DNA of 41,749 nucleotides, taken from the UHGV virus genome UHGV-1286557, one strand, 5' to 3'. Source of the stretch: a virus. Of the stretch, positions 1-8,675 are shown piece after piece (the stretch's first letter is position 1; every line of letters starts with the position of its first letter). The notes under the pieces are model-generated. The model saw only the letters and a list, made by a program, of their open reading frames with translations, was not told the DNA's origin and made no database searches. A program made the position numbers and the translations under genes.

Positions 1-568
1 ATACGTGGTTGATCGCTGTTCTAACCACCGTTGCCGCATTACGGCTTGACACGTCCGCCAGCCCGCCCGGTCCAACTACCTGGCGCACGATGTCGCGCGT
101 AGTCATGCCCTGCACGAAGCCAGATTTAACGCCGGTCACCAGGCGGTTAATCTCGGTATCCTGCCAGCTGGTTAGCATGTCCTGGAAGTCTACCGGCTTA
201 CCTTCCAGCTGCAGCGGATTGAACTTAATGGCGGACCAGACTTGCTCGGGCGACGGAGCGGTGAAACTGGCGTTGACGTTTCCGGACAGCGTGTCGGTCG
301 TCCAGTCGGTTTCGTATTCGGCCAGCTTCTGCAGGTCCTGCTGTAAGCGCTCCTCCCAGCCGCTGGATATGGCGTAAAGGATGTCCTCCAGGTCCTTTAA
401 CATGGCCTGCAGGCGGCCGCGCGTGCGGCTCTCGTCCCCGAAAGCCAGCACCTGCGTTTTCACCTCGTCGCGCATCTGCTGGATGAACGGCTCCAGCTCG
501 GTAACCTCATGCGAGGCGTTACGCTGGAGCCAGATCTGGTGACTGATAAAGGCCGTTAAGATACTCAT
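1..568 (-). CDS. head morphogenesis protein (SPP1 gp7 / Mu F-like), N-terminal part; gene runs off the window start
   Basis: Reverse-complement translation from the ATG at 566-568 (overlaps portal stop as ATGA) gives MSILTAFISHQIWLQRNASHEVTELEPFIQQMRDEVK...SRNAATVVRTAINHV with no stop down to position 1. It sits directly after portal. The matching Mu_F C-terminal half is at 41268-41749. Confidence 0.6.
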   Translation of the reverse strand, partial: MSILTAFISHQIWLQRNASHEVTELEPFIQQMRDEVKTQVLAFGDESRTRGRLQAMLKDLEDILYAISSGWEERLQQDLQKLAEYETDWTTDTLSGNVNASFTAPSPEQVWSAIKFNPLQLEGKPVDFQDMLTSWQDTEINRLVTGVKSGFVQGMTTRDIVRQVVGPGGLADVSSRNAATVVRTAINHV

Positions 569-2055
569 ACCGCGGCCTGCTGCGTATTAGCTGCCGATGG
601 AATGTCGCCGGTAACCGTCGTCGCCGTTCCGCGCGACGCGATCGGCTGGTCCGCGATGGCGTCCTGAATCTGCTCGTTAGTCCAGTTGGTAACCCCGGCC
701 TCGCGCAGCGCCTCATAGTACGCCGTAGCAGGCAGATAACCGGCGTTGATGTCGGAGATCCATGCAGCGCGATCCTGCGCGGTCATTGACTTGAGGAAGA
801 ATTCCATATTCAGCTTAAACTCGATCTCCGATCCGTCAACGTTAAGCATATCGGCAACCCATTTAAGAGCGCTGGTGTATGCCTGGCTAACGTTACGCGC
901 GATAGTAGCCATAACCGAAGTATCGGCGCCGCGCTGGATGCGGGCGGCCTCCGCAGTTACTTGCACCGTCGGCGTGATCAGCTGAGCGCCGATCTGCACG
1001 GCCTGCTGTTCTTTGTCCAACATGTTCTGCTTGGCGAGGTTATTTTCCTGCGCCTGAATTAACTGCGCTGTCCCGCCGGCGCCGATATTATGCCCGGTTC
1101 GCGAACCCATCTTAACGCCGTTGGGGTTAGCCGCTTTGAAGTTCTCCAGGCTCATAGACTCGCCCGGGCTAATGAACAAGGTCGGCTGGCCGACAACAAA
1201 ACTTGACTCTTCGTTATCCGCACTGTTCCGGAAGTGCCCAATGTTCAGTTCCGCAAGCGGCAGCATTGGCGGGTCATCCGGCGTATGATCGTTATTCGTT
1301 GCACCGATAAAGGTAAACGGGATCACGCCTTTCAGATTGTCGCCGAGCTGTGGGTAAATAGTCTCTACCGGCTCCGCGTCGCCGCCTTCTGCCTTGAATT
1401 TATACAGCCGCTGCCGGTAGTTATTTTCGCTATCAATGTCGAGGACACGATATTGCTCACCGTACTGGATGTCGAACTCGTCGCCGGGAGATGAGTATTC
1501 CCACACCTCACGCAGTACGATCAGCGACACCCGGTTTACTGATCCTACCCGGGTCAGACGCCAGTTAATGATATTTTCGGCGGTATAGAAAACGATGACC
1601 GGGTTTAATAATCCCTCGTTTTGCTCCGCCATAGTCGCCGCGCCTGTCGGTGGAGCGTCCACTAGCAGCCCACCGCGGCCAATGGAGTCGATCTCCATAA
1701 GCGTGTCCTGGGCGTGCTGCCAAAGACCGACGCCGGAGCCGTCGCAATTATCCTTGAGGTATTCGAGTTCTTTCGGTATCGTCTGCTCTGGGTCTTTGCG
1801 CATCACGCTTCCGACCATACCTGATAGCGTCCGCTTAGTGAAGTTGTAGCAGATAGCCCCTTCTTCGTACTCACGCTGCCGTAGCTCGCCGTAAGCCTTG
1901 TCTGATTCATTTTTGCCTACGTTGCGCAGATACCGCTTTAGGTCTCCCGCGATTGCATGGCGGACCTTTTCCCATTTCGGGAAATACGCTTTGTACTCCC
2001 GATGGGTGGTCTTTACGTTCTGCCCCGCACCGGCGGTAATATTTTCGCTGATCAT
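565..2055 (-). CDS. portal protein
   Basis: 496-aa ORF between terminase large subunit and the MuF-like gene. Typical size and position; stop overlaps the next start. Confidence 0.8.
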   Translation of the reverse strand: MISENITAGAGQNVKTTHREYKAYFPKWEKVRHAIAGDLKRYLRNVGKNESDKAYGELRQREYEEGAICYNFTKRTLSGMVGSVMRKDPEQTIPKELEYLKDNCDGSGVGLWQHAQDTLMEIDSIGRGGLLVDAPPTGAATMAEQNEGLLNPVIVFYTAENIINWRLTRVGSVNRVSLIVLREVWEYSSPGDEFDIQYGEQYRVLDIDSENNYRQRLYKFKAEGGDAEPVETIYPQLGDNLKGVIPFTFIGATNNDHTPDDPPMLPLAELNIGHFRNSADNEESSFVVGQPTLFISPGESMSLENFKAANPNGVKMGSRTGHNIGAGGTAQLIQAQENNLAKQNMLDKEQQAVQIGAQLITPTVQVTAEAARIQRGADTSVMATIARNVSQAYTSALKWVADMLNVDGSEIEFKLNMEFFLKSMTAQDRAAWISDINAGYLPATAYYEALREAGVTNWTNEQIQDAIADQPIASRGTATTVTGDIPSAANTQQAAV

Positions 2056-2067
2056 AGTGTCCTCGTC

Positions 2068-3387
2068 TTAAAGCGGGAATGAAACCGGGATCTGTTCAGG
2101 AGCATCATAGCTGACCGGGAACATGTAATCGATAAAATATCCGATCGCCGTCGTAATGTGCTGGTACTCGTTCTTTTGGTCTTCCTGGAATGCCGATCCC
2201 TGCTGCAGCTGCACCGTTGCAAGCCCTTTGTGGCTCCATGGCGCTGTCTGCGGATTGACATATAGGCTAACATGGTCGTCGGCGGTGCGGATCTTAGCGC
2301 GTACCGCGTTTTGGCGGTCCTTGATCGCCGGGTGCGCCGCCTTAACCCGGCGGGTGTACGTCCAGCCGTTCGCCGATAGCACGTCCTCGATGTCGTTATA
2401 ATCCGACTTATGGCCGTGCTTTTCCCCCGCGCGCCCGGCGGGGTCGCCGTAAATGAAAACGTGCTTGTTCTGGTGGTCTTTGAACTTCTCCACGAACTCT
2501 TTGGCCGACTGCTTCGACACCGCGCTAATCAGCACTATCTCGTCGAGGATATAGACATCATCACCGCGGATAACGGCAACAGAGGACGAGAGCGGCGTAA
2601 AGTTCTGGTCGTGCATCCAGTGCAATGATTCATGCGGGAAAATAGTCGCGTTCGTGTAGTTGTCCTTGGAATATTCCTCGTAAATTTTCCCGTTCGCCGT
2701 CTCGAATGAAGCCCGGAATTCCTGGTTATATTGCTTCTTCGACATTATCTTGCGCGCTTCGGCGGCCATTTCCGGGAAGATTTCCTCGGTCATCCAGTGG
2801 AATACCGCATAATCCGACGAAACGCCGCTTTCTGCTGCCGTGCACAGGTCGTAATAGTGGTTGAGGCCGTCCGGCACGCCGAGAAGCCAGCACCAGGCGC
2901 GGTAATCTGGCCGGGTCGGGTTTACGGTGTTGAGCGCCGGGTAGATGTTCGCTTCCCACGATTCGGGCTTGATGTCGGCGAATTCGTCAATGCCGCCACC
3001 GGTCCAGGGGATACCCTCGATACGCTGCGGCTTGTCCAGGCCGATAACGTGGATCTCCGATCCGTTAGGCAAGTAGATGATCAGGTCCGATTCAGACGGG
3101 CGACGCGGGTGCGCGCAGGATAGCGTGAACGCTTTCAGGTCGTCCCAAAATATCTTTTTGGCCTGGGCGTGGGTCGGAGCCGCCGCGAAGTACATTCCCG
3201 GGATCTTGAATGCCTGTTTCACCAGGAAGCGCTTAAACCGCTCGGTCTTTCCGGAGCGGCGGCCGGCGGGTACCAGCGGAAACCGGATGCCGTCGGACAC
3301 GGCCTTGATAAGTTTCAGCTGTACCGGGTGGTCTTTCAGTTCATACCATCGTGCGCGCTGGCGCTCCAGCAGTACGTTAACACTCAT
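2068..3387 (-). CDS. terL: terminase large subunit
   Basis: 439 aa. Walker A VPAGRRSGKT, Walker B GGGIDEF, nuclease-domain IYGDPAG; overlaps terS (ATGA). Confidence 0.9.
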   Translation of the reverse strand: MSVNVLLERQRARWYELKDHPVQLKLIKAVSDGIRFPLVPAGRRSGKTERFKRFLVKQAFKIPGMYFAAAPTHAQAKKIFWDDLKAFTLSCAHPRRPSESDLIIYLPNGSEIHVIGLDKPQRIEGIPWTGGGIDEFADIKPESWEANIYPALNTVNPTRPDYRAWCWLLGVPDGLNHYYDLCTAAESGVSSDYAVFHWMTEEIFPEMAAEARKIMSKKQYNQEFRASFETANGKIYEEYSKDNYTNATIFPHESLHWMHDQNFTPLSSSVAVIRGDDVYILDEIVLISAVSKQSAKEFVEKFKDHQNKHVFIYGDPAGRAGEKHGHKSDYNDIEDVLSANGWTYTRRVKAAHPAIKDRQNAVRAKIRTADDHVSLYVNPQTAPWSHKGLATVQLQQGSAFQEDQKNEYQHITTAIGYFIDYMFPVSYDAPEQIPVSFPL

Positions 3388-3902
3388 GATGGCATTTTCC
3401 CGATCAGCTCCGCCAGCTGTTCGCCGATATCGGCCTTATCTTTACCCGGGTCTACCGGCTCACGCATACCGTGGTTGCATTTCAGGATGAAAGTCGCACC
3501 GTTACCGCCTACACCGGCGGCGGACAGCTCCATGAGAAATGCTTTCTGCAGAGATTCGGCGTCGGCGTATGCGCGGTCCCATTCAGGCCAGTGCTCGCGC
3601 CAGTTGCGCAGCGTGTCACGGTTGACGCCGATCGACGCGGCGAAGCGCTCGAACGTCGGCAACTTGCTCTGCGGGATCACCTGCGCAGTGCCTTTATCCG
3701 TGTAGTGGATAATCCAGGACGCCGGCTCGGAGAAATAGCGCAGCAATGCGCCGCAATATTCCGGGCGGTAGTCGGTCGGTTTATCGTTGCTGCCGATGTC
3801 GTGCGGGAAGCGCTCGCCTTTCTTCCGTTTCGGCGGGACACCCCGTAGATGTTTCGGCTTCGGCTTTAGATTCATATAACCCCCATTATGCTTGCGTACC
3901 AT
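3384..3902 (-). CDS. terS: terminase small subunit
   Basis: 172 aa, basic N-terminus with HTH-like DRDTLRNW, immediately upstream of terL and translationally coupled. Confidence 0.65.
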   Translation of the reverse strand: MVRKHNGGYMNLKPKPKHLRGVPPKRKKGERFPHDIGSNDKPTDYRPEYCGALLRYFSEPASWIIHYTDKGTAQVIPQSKLPTFERFAASIGVNRDTLRNWREHWPEWDRAYADAESLQKAFLMELSAAGVGGNGATFILKCNHGMREPVDPGKDKADIGEQLAELIGKMPS

Positions 3903-3999
3903 ACGCGCGCACCAGCGGCCCCCAGGGCCACGTTAAGGGGATTATATAGCGGTGGTGAGGATTAGGCAAAAGAAGCCCGCACGGAGGCGGGCAAGTGGG

Positions 4000-4503
4000 C
4001 TATTTCTGGTTTATGGCGCCTTCGTAGGCTTCTTTCATAGCATCGCGCACCCATCCTTGCGGTTTTTGGTTTGTTTTAACACACCATTCATCAAACGTAA
4101 GAACCGGCGCTGGCTGCGGTCCTGCTTCGCGATACACTGGAATATATCCGGGGCCTGCATCTTCGCTACCAGCCTCACCATCAACTACGCCGCGAGCTAA
4201 GTATGCATCATTAAGCCAGGCGATGGGCTCACGCGCTACTACCGGCGCTGGCTGCACGCGGTAGGCGCGTAGCGCTTCTATTGCCGCCTGAATCACTGCT
4301 TTGTTGCCCAGCGCCGTGTTAGGCCACGACAGACCAGCAAGCGCCCCCGCTATACGTATATTTTCTGCCACCGGCTCGGCTTCCATAGTCGCCAGGAGCA
4401 TCTTATACGCGGCGAGGGTGTAATCCTCTTTCAGCGACCGCGCGCCCGATTCCAGCTCTGCGATACGGGCGGCGAGAGATTCTTTAGTTACGGTAGTTGT
4501 CAT
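4000..4503 (-). CDS. hypothetical protein
   Basis: ORF 4000..4518. ATG at 4503 overlaps the upstream stop (ATGA), giving MTTTVTKESL...; coding-like composition. Confidence 0.5.
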   Translation of the reverse strand: MTTTVTKESLAARIAELESGARSLKEDYTLAAYKMLLATMEAEPVAENIRIAGALAGLSWPNTALGNKAVIQAAIEALRAYRVQPAPVVAREPIAWLNDAYLARGVVDGEAGSEDAGPGYIPVYREAGPQPAPVLTFDEWCVKTNQKPQGWVRDAMKEAYEGAINQK

Positions 4504-4685
4504 AGCGTAACCCCGCACTTTACGCAGAAAAGGCGGCTATCTACATCAAAAGCGGGGACGTGCTTGCACTTATTCAGGTTGCCACGATTCACCAGCTCGC
4601 GGCGGTGCTCCTGGGCTACACGTAACGCCGCCTCAATCTCTGCGATCTTGGCGTCGGCCTTCTTGATTTGCTCGTCGATTGTCAT
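4500..4685 (-). CDS. small zinc-ribbon protein (CxxC...CxxC)
   Basis: 61 aa, CKHVPAFDVDSRLFCVKCG; coupled to neighbours. Confidence 0.45.
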   Translation of the reverse strand: MTIDEQIKKADAKIAEIEAALRVAQEHRRELVNRGNLNKCKHVPAFDVDSRLFCVKCGVTL

Positions 4686-5014
4686 ACGTCAATCCTTCTT
4701 ATTTCAATGTCAAGACCCGCGGCCTCGGCGGCCGCGATGCCGAACGACATGCCTCGGGATATCCCGTGATCAATATAAACCACGCTTGCTTCGGCCACTT
4801 TACGCCACGCCAGACCTGCGTTAATGCCTTGTTCCCGTTCTTCTGGGATCGAGTCATCCAGAATGCCGGGCTGGGTGTACAGAAGATGCGAGGCTATCGG
4901 TGCTTCGCCGCGCATTAAGGAGTCTCGAACGCAGCGGCGGGCGTATTCAATGTTGCCGTTTATCTCTTCTGCGGTTTCGCCCGCGTAGGGTGATTCGAGG
5001 ATTACGAGTCTCAT
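4682..5014 (-). CDS. DUF4406-like (nucleoside 2-deoxyribosyltransferase-like fold) protein
   Basis: 110 aa, MRLVILESPYAG...VVYIDHGISRGMSFGIAAAEAAG pattern resembles DUF4406. Recalled from memory, not searched. Confidence 0.4.
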   Translation of the reverse strand: MRLVILESPYAGETAEEINGNIEYARRCVRDSLMRGEAPIASHLLYTQPGILDDSIPEEREQGINAGLAWRKVAEASVVYIDHGISRGMSFGIAAAEAAGLDIEIRRIDV

Positions 5015-5406
5015 TGTGATTTTTCCTCTGCGAAATAGGCCAGCGCCAGGAGAAAGGCGCGCTGGGACTGCGGGTTTTTAAGCAGGCCGAAACGGTGGCG
5101 GATGGTCGCCAGGTGCCGATCGAACGAATCGCGGCACCCTTCCTCATCGGCCATCCGCACAACGGCAGCGAGTAACGCTTCGTTAAACAACGCTGCATCG
5201 GCTGCCGCTACTGGTTCGGGCGCGATGGTAAACTCGGCGTCTTCCAGAAACTCTGTGCGGTAGCCTTCTTTGTACGGCTCTAATGGCCAGAACCAGGGAG
5301 CCTGTCGGTCTTTGTTATCGTCTTGAACACGGTTAAACATGTCTATTTCGTACTCCCGGCCGACGGTGAACCAGGACACCTTTGACGCGGTGCAAATTAG
5401 TTTCAT
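5011..5406 (-). CDS. hypothetical protein
   Basis: 131-aa ORF, overlapping stops/starts with neighbours. Confidence 0.5.
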   Translation of the reverse strand: MKLICTASKVSWFTVGREYEIDMFNRVQDDNKDRQAPWFWPLEPYKEGYRTEFLEDAEFTIAPEPVAAADAALFNEALLAAVVRMADEEGCRDSFDRHLATIRHRFGLLKNPQSQRAFLLALAYFAEEKSQ

Positions 5407-5606
5407 TTCATTTGCTCCTTGCGCTTTTTCGCGATTGCTTTTCGCTGTTTCAGGAATGCCGCATCTTCCGCGGTCCTTAAGGTATGTCGTGCGAAGCTAA
5501 AATCGATGTCATTCTCTTCTACGAAATCAAAGAATGCGGTCATGGCCTTTACACAATCTTCTTTCAGTTTAGCCAGTTCTTTAAGGGTGCTTGTCTGGTT
5601 GGGCAT
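5403..5606 (-). CDS. hypothetical small protein
   Basis: Start ATG at 5604-5606 (MPNQTSTLKELAKLKEDC...) preceded by AGGAGCAAA RBS; first gene after the promoter at 5637-5666. Confidence 0.5.
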   Translation of the reverse strand: MPNQTSTLKELAKLKEDCVKAMTAFFDFVEENDIDFSFARHTLRTAEDAAFLKQRKAIAKKRKEQMK

Positions 5607-5636
5607 TTCGTTTGCTCCTGTGTAGTTGACGATATG

Positions 5637-5666
5637 AGTATAATCATATTGCAACCAACATTGCAA
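5637..5666 (-). promoter_or_regulatory. sigma70-like promoter TTGCAA-N18-TATACT, with ATGTTGGTTGCAATAT motif as spacer, driving the packaging gene block
   Basis: Minus-strand reading is cTTGCAATGTTGGTTGCAATATGATTATACT. -35 at 5661-5666, -10 at 5637-5642; downstream RBS AGGAG and ATG at 5606. Confidence 0.55.
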
Positions 5667-5674
5667 GTAGCGCG

Positions 5675-5709
5675 CAAAGAAAAAGCCCCAGCTGTTAAGC
5701 CAGGGCTTT
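5675..5709 (-). terminator. rho-independent terminator after the lysis cassette
   Basis: Stem AAAGCCC/GGGCTTT (5682-5688 / 5703-5709), then TTTTTCTTT on the minus strand. Lies between endolysin stop and the next promoter. Confidence 0.5.
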
Positions 5710-5754
5710 CGGACCGTCAGGAGCAAATCAATCGTGTGCCATGAAAATATAACA

Positions 5755-6249
5755 CTACTTCACGGCTCTGCCAATAGCTTCGGCCTCGGCTGCCGATTTG
5801 CCGTCGAACAGCGCGAGCCGCCCGGTTGCGCGCCGGCGCAGCCCCAGCATCACCTTACCACCCTGATAGATGAACTGCGGCAGCTTGGTGCGCAATGTCG
5901 CAATATCCCCGCGTCGCAGCGCCAGGCCGGTTCCGGTACTGGGCGCGATCACTTTCGGCCCGGCGTTGAATACCAGGTCCACCATAGCGTCGAAGTAGGG
6001 CCCGGTAACCAGCGGATGCGCCACCGCGTCGACCTGGCGCTCGGCCTCCGCCATATCCTGGCGCAGTAACGCCAGGGCATCCGGTTCGGTGATGCTCGCC
6101 GGCGCCTGGGCCCGCGTACCGGTATGGCCGTAGCCCCAGGTCAGGATCCCGCGCTCCTTCTCTTTGGCGGTCGCGTAATACGGCACAGGCTTAAACGTCT
6201 CCCAGCGCCGGGCGAATTCAACGGCGTTATCGCTGACTGTTCTTCGCAT
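5755..6249 (-). CDS. endolysin, GH24 phage lysozyme
   Basis: 164 aa. RRWE...YYATAKEKERGILTWGYGHT...FDAMVDLVFNAG...GGKVMLGLRRRATGRLALF matches the T4/P22 gp19 lysozyme pattern. Confidence 0.85.
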   Translation of the reverse strand: MRRTVSDNAVEFARRWETFKPVPYYATAKEKERGILTWGYGHTGTRAQAPASITEPDALALLRQDMAEAERQVDAVAHPLVTGPYFDAMVDLVFNAGPKVIAPSTGTGLALRRGDIATLRTKLPQFIYQGGKVMLGLRRRATGRLALFDGKSAAEAEAIGRAVK

Positions 6250-6511
6250 GGATTAACCTCCGATACTTGATATAACGCACCGACTTAACGCAGGCGCTGC
6301 GCAGAAATGACAAGGTGACCAGCACAAGGAGTGTTGACCAGATGAATACCGGCGCGCTGCCGTCTTTGTAGATGTGGATCAGCCCGGCGCCGCAGGTGAG
6401 AAACAGGCCCATGAACACCAGGCGGCCCAGCAGGCCGTCGTCGACCCAATGGGCATAAATGTTAAACAGCGCGGTCATGGCGATAACGGAAAGGCAGAAG
6501 GCACTAAGCAT
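6227..6511 (-). CDS. holin/antiholin-like membrane protein
   Basis: 94 aa with 2-3 predicted TM helices, between holin and endolysin; overlaps endolysin start. Confidence 0.5.
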   Translation of the reverse strand: MLSAFCLSVIAMTALFNIYAHWVDDGLLGRLVFMGLFLTCGAGLIHIYKDGSAPVFIWSTLLVLVTLSFLRSACVKSVRYIKYRRLIHAKNSQR

Positions 6512-6513
6512 GG

Positions 6514-6792
6514 CTATTTACCCCACGGTAGTTTAAAGCTGCTCGCCGCCACTTCCAGGGCCTCGAAGAATTTCCACCAGAAGGCGCCGATCACGAATGG
6601 CACCAGGTATTGCCCGTCGGTATCCGCCAGCTCGAAATAGCGGATCCCAAACGGTGAGAAGTAAACGGCACAAGCGGCACCGGCGGCCAGGTGTGCGCAG
6701 CGCTTCCACAACGGTAGCTGCTCTGCTTTCTTCACCTGGGCCACGATCCCGCCGCATACGGCAGCGACGACAAGCCAGAAATATCTGTCCAT
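6514..6792 (-). CDS. holin
   Basis: MDRYFWLVVAAVCGGIV... with two hydrophobic segments and a charged C-terminus; first gene of the lysis cassette. ATG at 6790-6792 (the listed ORF start at 6795 is a TTG). Confidence 0.55.
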   Translation of the reverse strand: MDRYFWLVVAAVCGGIVAQVKKAEQLPLWKRCAHLAAGAACAVYFSPFGIRYFELADTDGQYLVPFVIGAFWWKFFEALEVAASSFKLPWGK

Positions 6793-6826
6793 CAAAAAGG
6801 ACCCCCGAATGAATAGTATTCGGGGG
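6793..6826 (-). terminator. intrinsic terminator hairpin just after the promoter and just before the holin start (tR'-like)
   Basis: Minus strand: CCCCCGAAT-actattc-ATTCGGGGG, a 9-bp stem, followed by tccTTTTTg that runs into the holin ATG. Confidence 0.55.
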
Positions 6827-6827
6827 C

Positions 6828-6857
6828 AGTATAGGGCGATTTAGGATTAATCTGCAA
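6828..6857 (-). promoter_or_regulatory. promoter TTGCAG-N18-TATACT (pR'-like) between the AP2 gene and the holin
   Basis: -35 at 6852-6857, -10 at 6828-6833. Same architecture and identical -10 as the promoters at 5637-5666 and 8706-8735. The predicted start site falls in the terminator stem. Confidence 0.5.
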
Positions 6858-6858
6858 A

Positions 6859-7239
6859 TTACCAGTTTGTGTAAAGGCGACGGGCCGGCTTATTCGGGAT
6901 ATCGTAGTACCCGCGTTTACGCCAAAGCATGTAAATCCTTCGGGCCACTACCGCGCGTGCCTTGGACGAGAATAATCCGATTAGTATCTTCTTCGTCCCG
7001 TCGTAGAAATAGGCAGCCCACCCACCGCTTCTGCCGTCGAATGATATGCCCGGTACGTGTTCACCCTTGCGGGTGCTGCGTATTTTAGCAGGCGCGCGGG
7101 TGCGACCAAATTTGCGGGGCTCGCTTTGCTTAGGCTTAGGTGTCTCCCGCGGCTCGCTTGGCCTTGGCGCCCGGCGCGCTTTGGGTGGCGGGTTTGCGAT
7201 CTCCTCCGCGCGTTTCAGGATGTCGGTTGCAAGGCTCAT
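6859..7239 (-). CDS. AP2-domain DNA-binding protein (candidate late regulator / antiterminator)
   Basis: Start ATG at 7237-7239 (ATGA overlap), giving MSLATDILKRAEE... The C-terminal half HVPGISFDGRSGGWAAYFYDGTKKILIGLFSSKARAVVARRIYMLWRKRGY fits the AP2/ERF domain pattern. Basic Pro-rich N-terminus. It sits immediately upstream of the promoter-terminator-holin arrangement. Confidence 0.6.
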   Translation of the reverse strand: MSLATDILKRAEEIANPPPKARRAPRPSEPRETPKPKQSEPRKFGRTRAPAKIRSTRKGEHVPGISFDGRSGGWAAYFYDGTKKILIGLFSSKARAVVARRIYMLWRKRGYYDIPNKPARRLYTNW

Positions 7240-7568
7240 TCGTAAACATCCTCCACTTTGCCGCATACTATGCAGATTTTCAGGTCTGGCTCACGCGATT
7301 GTGGCTGCCATACGTGGTTACATTCAGCGCATTCCACCGGTTCAGCCTTCGGCCCTTCCAGCTCGGAGATCAGCCGGTTGATGTACCATTGCGCCTTCTT
7401 CACGTCCTCCAGGCCGTTCTTCGCCTCGTAGCGCCAGAGGTACTTGATGACGTTGGCCGTGCATATGGCTTCTGCCCCCGATTTATTTACGGTAGCGGCT
7501 TCCATCGCGTCGATACATTCCACGCTGCCGTTGTTGTAGTGCGACGGGTGGTTTACGTTGTCAGTCAT
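7236..7568 (-). CDS. DUF3310-family phage protein with C-terminal zinc ribbon
   Basis: N-terminal HPSHYNNGSVECIDAMEAA is characteristic of DUF3310; CAECNH...CIVCG at the C-terminus. Confidence 0.55.
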   Translation of the reverse strand: MTDNVNHPSHYNNGSVECIDAMEAATVNKSGAEAICTANVIKYLWRYEAKNGLEDVKKAQWYINRLISELEGPKAEPVECAECNHVWQPQSREPDLKICIVCGKVEDVYE

Positions 7569-7801
7569 TAGTCAACCTCCAGGCCGAGGCTTTCCAGTTC
7601 GTCCATGATCTCGTCGATACGGCGGTTAAGTTCGGCCAGAACAGCGGAGCGAACCGCCTCGACCATAGCGGCGTCCTGATATGCGCTGGCGATAGTGATC
7701 CCTAATCCGGTACCTCGTACAGATGCCAGCTGCTGGCGCAATTCGGCAATGCGCTGGTACTTGGCATACGCCATAGACAGATTTCCGATTTTCATGGTCA
7801 T
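7568..7801 (-). CDS. hypothetical protein
   Basis: 77-aa ORF with ATGA coupling on both sides. Confidence 0.45.
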   Translation of the reverse strand: MTMKIGNLSMAYAKYQRIAELRQQLASVRGTGLGITIASAYQDAAMVEAVRSAVLAELNRRIDEIMDELESLGLEVD

Positions 7802-8001
7802 TTATCCTTACTAATTCGTTTTGGTGAACAGTACGCGCGAATCTGCGCGTCGGGGCGCTGGCCTTCGAACAGCACCAGCGAGTTTTCCGCTTTACGGGCG
7901 GCCGCCTGGCACGCCTCCAGCGTATAGAACGTCTCGGTAGTGGGTGGGGACAGCACGCCCTGCGCCAGCACCCAGATAAACAGGACAGATGTCATTCGCA
8001 A
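7798..8001 (-). CDS. small secreted/membrane protein
   Basis: 67 aa with an N-terminal hydrophobic signal-like segment, MRMTSVLFIWVLAQG. Confidence 0.4.
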   Translation of the reverse strand: MRMTSVLFIWVLAQGVLSPPTTETFYTLEACQAAARKAENSLVLFEGQRPDAQIRAYCSPKRISKDK

Positions 8002-8282
8002 ACGCCCTCCCCCAGCGGTTTCTGTTTACGGCATTTCACGCATTCGAAATACTCTGGCACTGGGCCGCACGATGGCCCAACGACCCATAGGTGATCGCAC
8101 TCCGGGTGTGCGGCTGCCGCTGTGCGCTCCTCGACCGCCTGGATAACGGAGATGCGGACGCGGTCAGAAGGCAGCGCCTGCACGTGGCCGTTTGCGTTGA
8201 CCCGGATAAACGCCAGGCCGGTGATCTGCGCTTCGCGTAACGCCTCGGCGAACGCGTTCAACACTTCATGCTCACGGTTCAT
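7992..8282 (-). CDS. hypothetical protein with C-terminal Cys cluster
   Basis: Start at ATG 8280-8282 (MNREHEVLNAF...) with RBS AGGA 10 nt upstream; ...ECDHLW...CGPVPEYFECVKC. Confidence 0.45.
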   Translation of the reverse strand: MNREHEVLNAFAEALREAQITGLAFIRVNANGHVQALPSDRVRISVIQAVEERTAAAAHPECDHLWVVGPSCGPVPEYFECVKCRKQKPLGEGVCE

Positions 8283-8284
8283 AA

Positions 8285-8524
8285 TCAGCAATCCTCTTTG
8301 CGGCAGCCGCGTTGCTCTAGTAGCGCTTTGCGTGTCCGGCGCTCCTGGTAGTTGTTGCCGATTAAGTCGAAGTGATGCTCGAGATGCTTTGATACCCAAT
8401 AAACCTGCCCTACTGGGGCGCGTCCTATTGTAGGATTAGTCGGCCGCAGCACTCTTGGCCACTCTATGACGAGCACGGCGCTTCCGGTGAGTCTGTGACG
8501 CAATATCTGGCCTTTCTTAAACAT
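8285..8524 (-). CDS. small KOW/DUF2158-like protein (MFKKGQI...)
   Basis: Start at ATG 8522-8524 with GGGGGTGG RBS; paralogous to the upstream small gene. Confidence 0.45.
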   Translation of the reverse strand: MFKKGQILRHRLTGSAVLVIEWPRVLRPTNPTIGRAPVGQVYWVSKHLEHHFDLIGNNYQERRTRKALLEQRGCRKEDC

Positions 8525-8675
8525 TAGCCACCCCCATCCATGACTCGGGCAGATATGATTGATCATTGCCGTCTACTTCGGTCACGGCCCACATCCCTAA
8601 GCGGGTGTTAAACCGATCCAAAACATAGCTACGGCCGTTTAGCTTACTAACCACGATATCGCCTTTCTTAAACAT
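8517..8675 (-). CDS. small KOW/DUF2158-like protein (MFKKGDIVVSKLNGRSYVL..., 52 aa)
   Basis: Not in the ORF track (<60 aa). ATG 8673-8675 preceded by AGAGGAGCAAA; stop overlaps the next MFKKG start (ATGTTTAA). Tandem paralog. Confidence 0.4.
   Translation of the reverse strand: MFKKGDIVVSKLNGRSYVLDRFNTRLGMWAVTEVDGNDQSYLPESWMGVANV

Noticed and set aside
6796-6858. Short promoter-to-terminator transcript as a bona fide small RNA gene
   Set aside because: It may exist as a lambda 6S-like by-product, but there is no independent evidence of function. It is reported as a regulatory feature instead.
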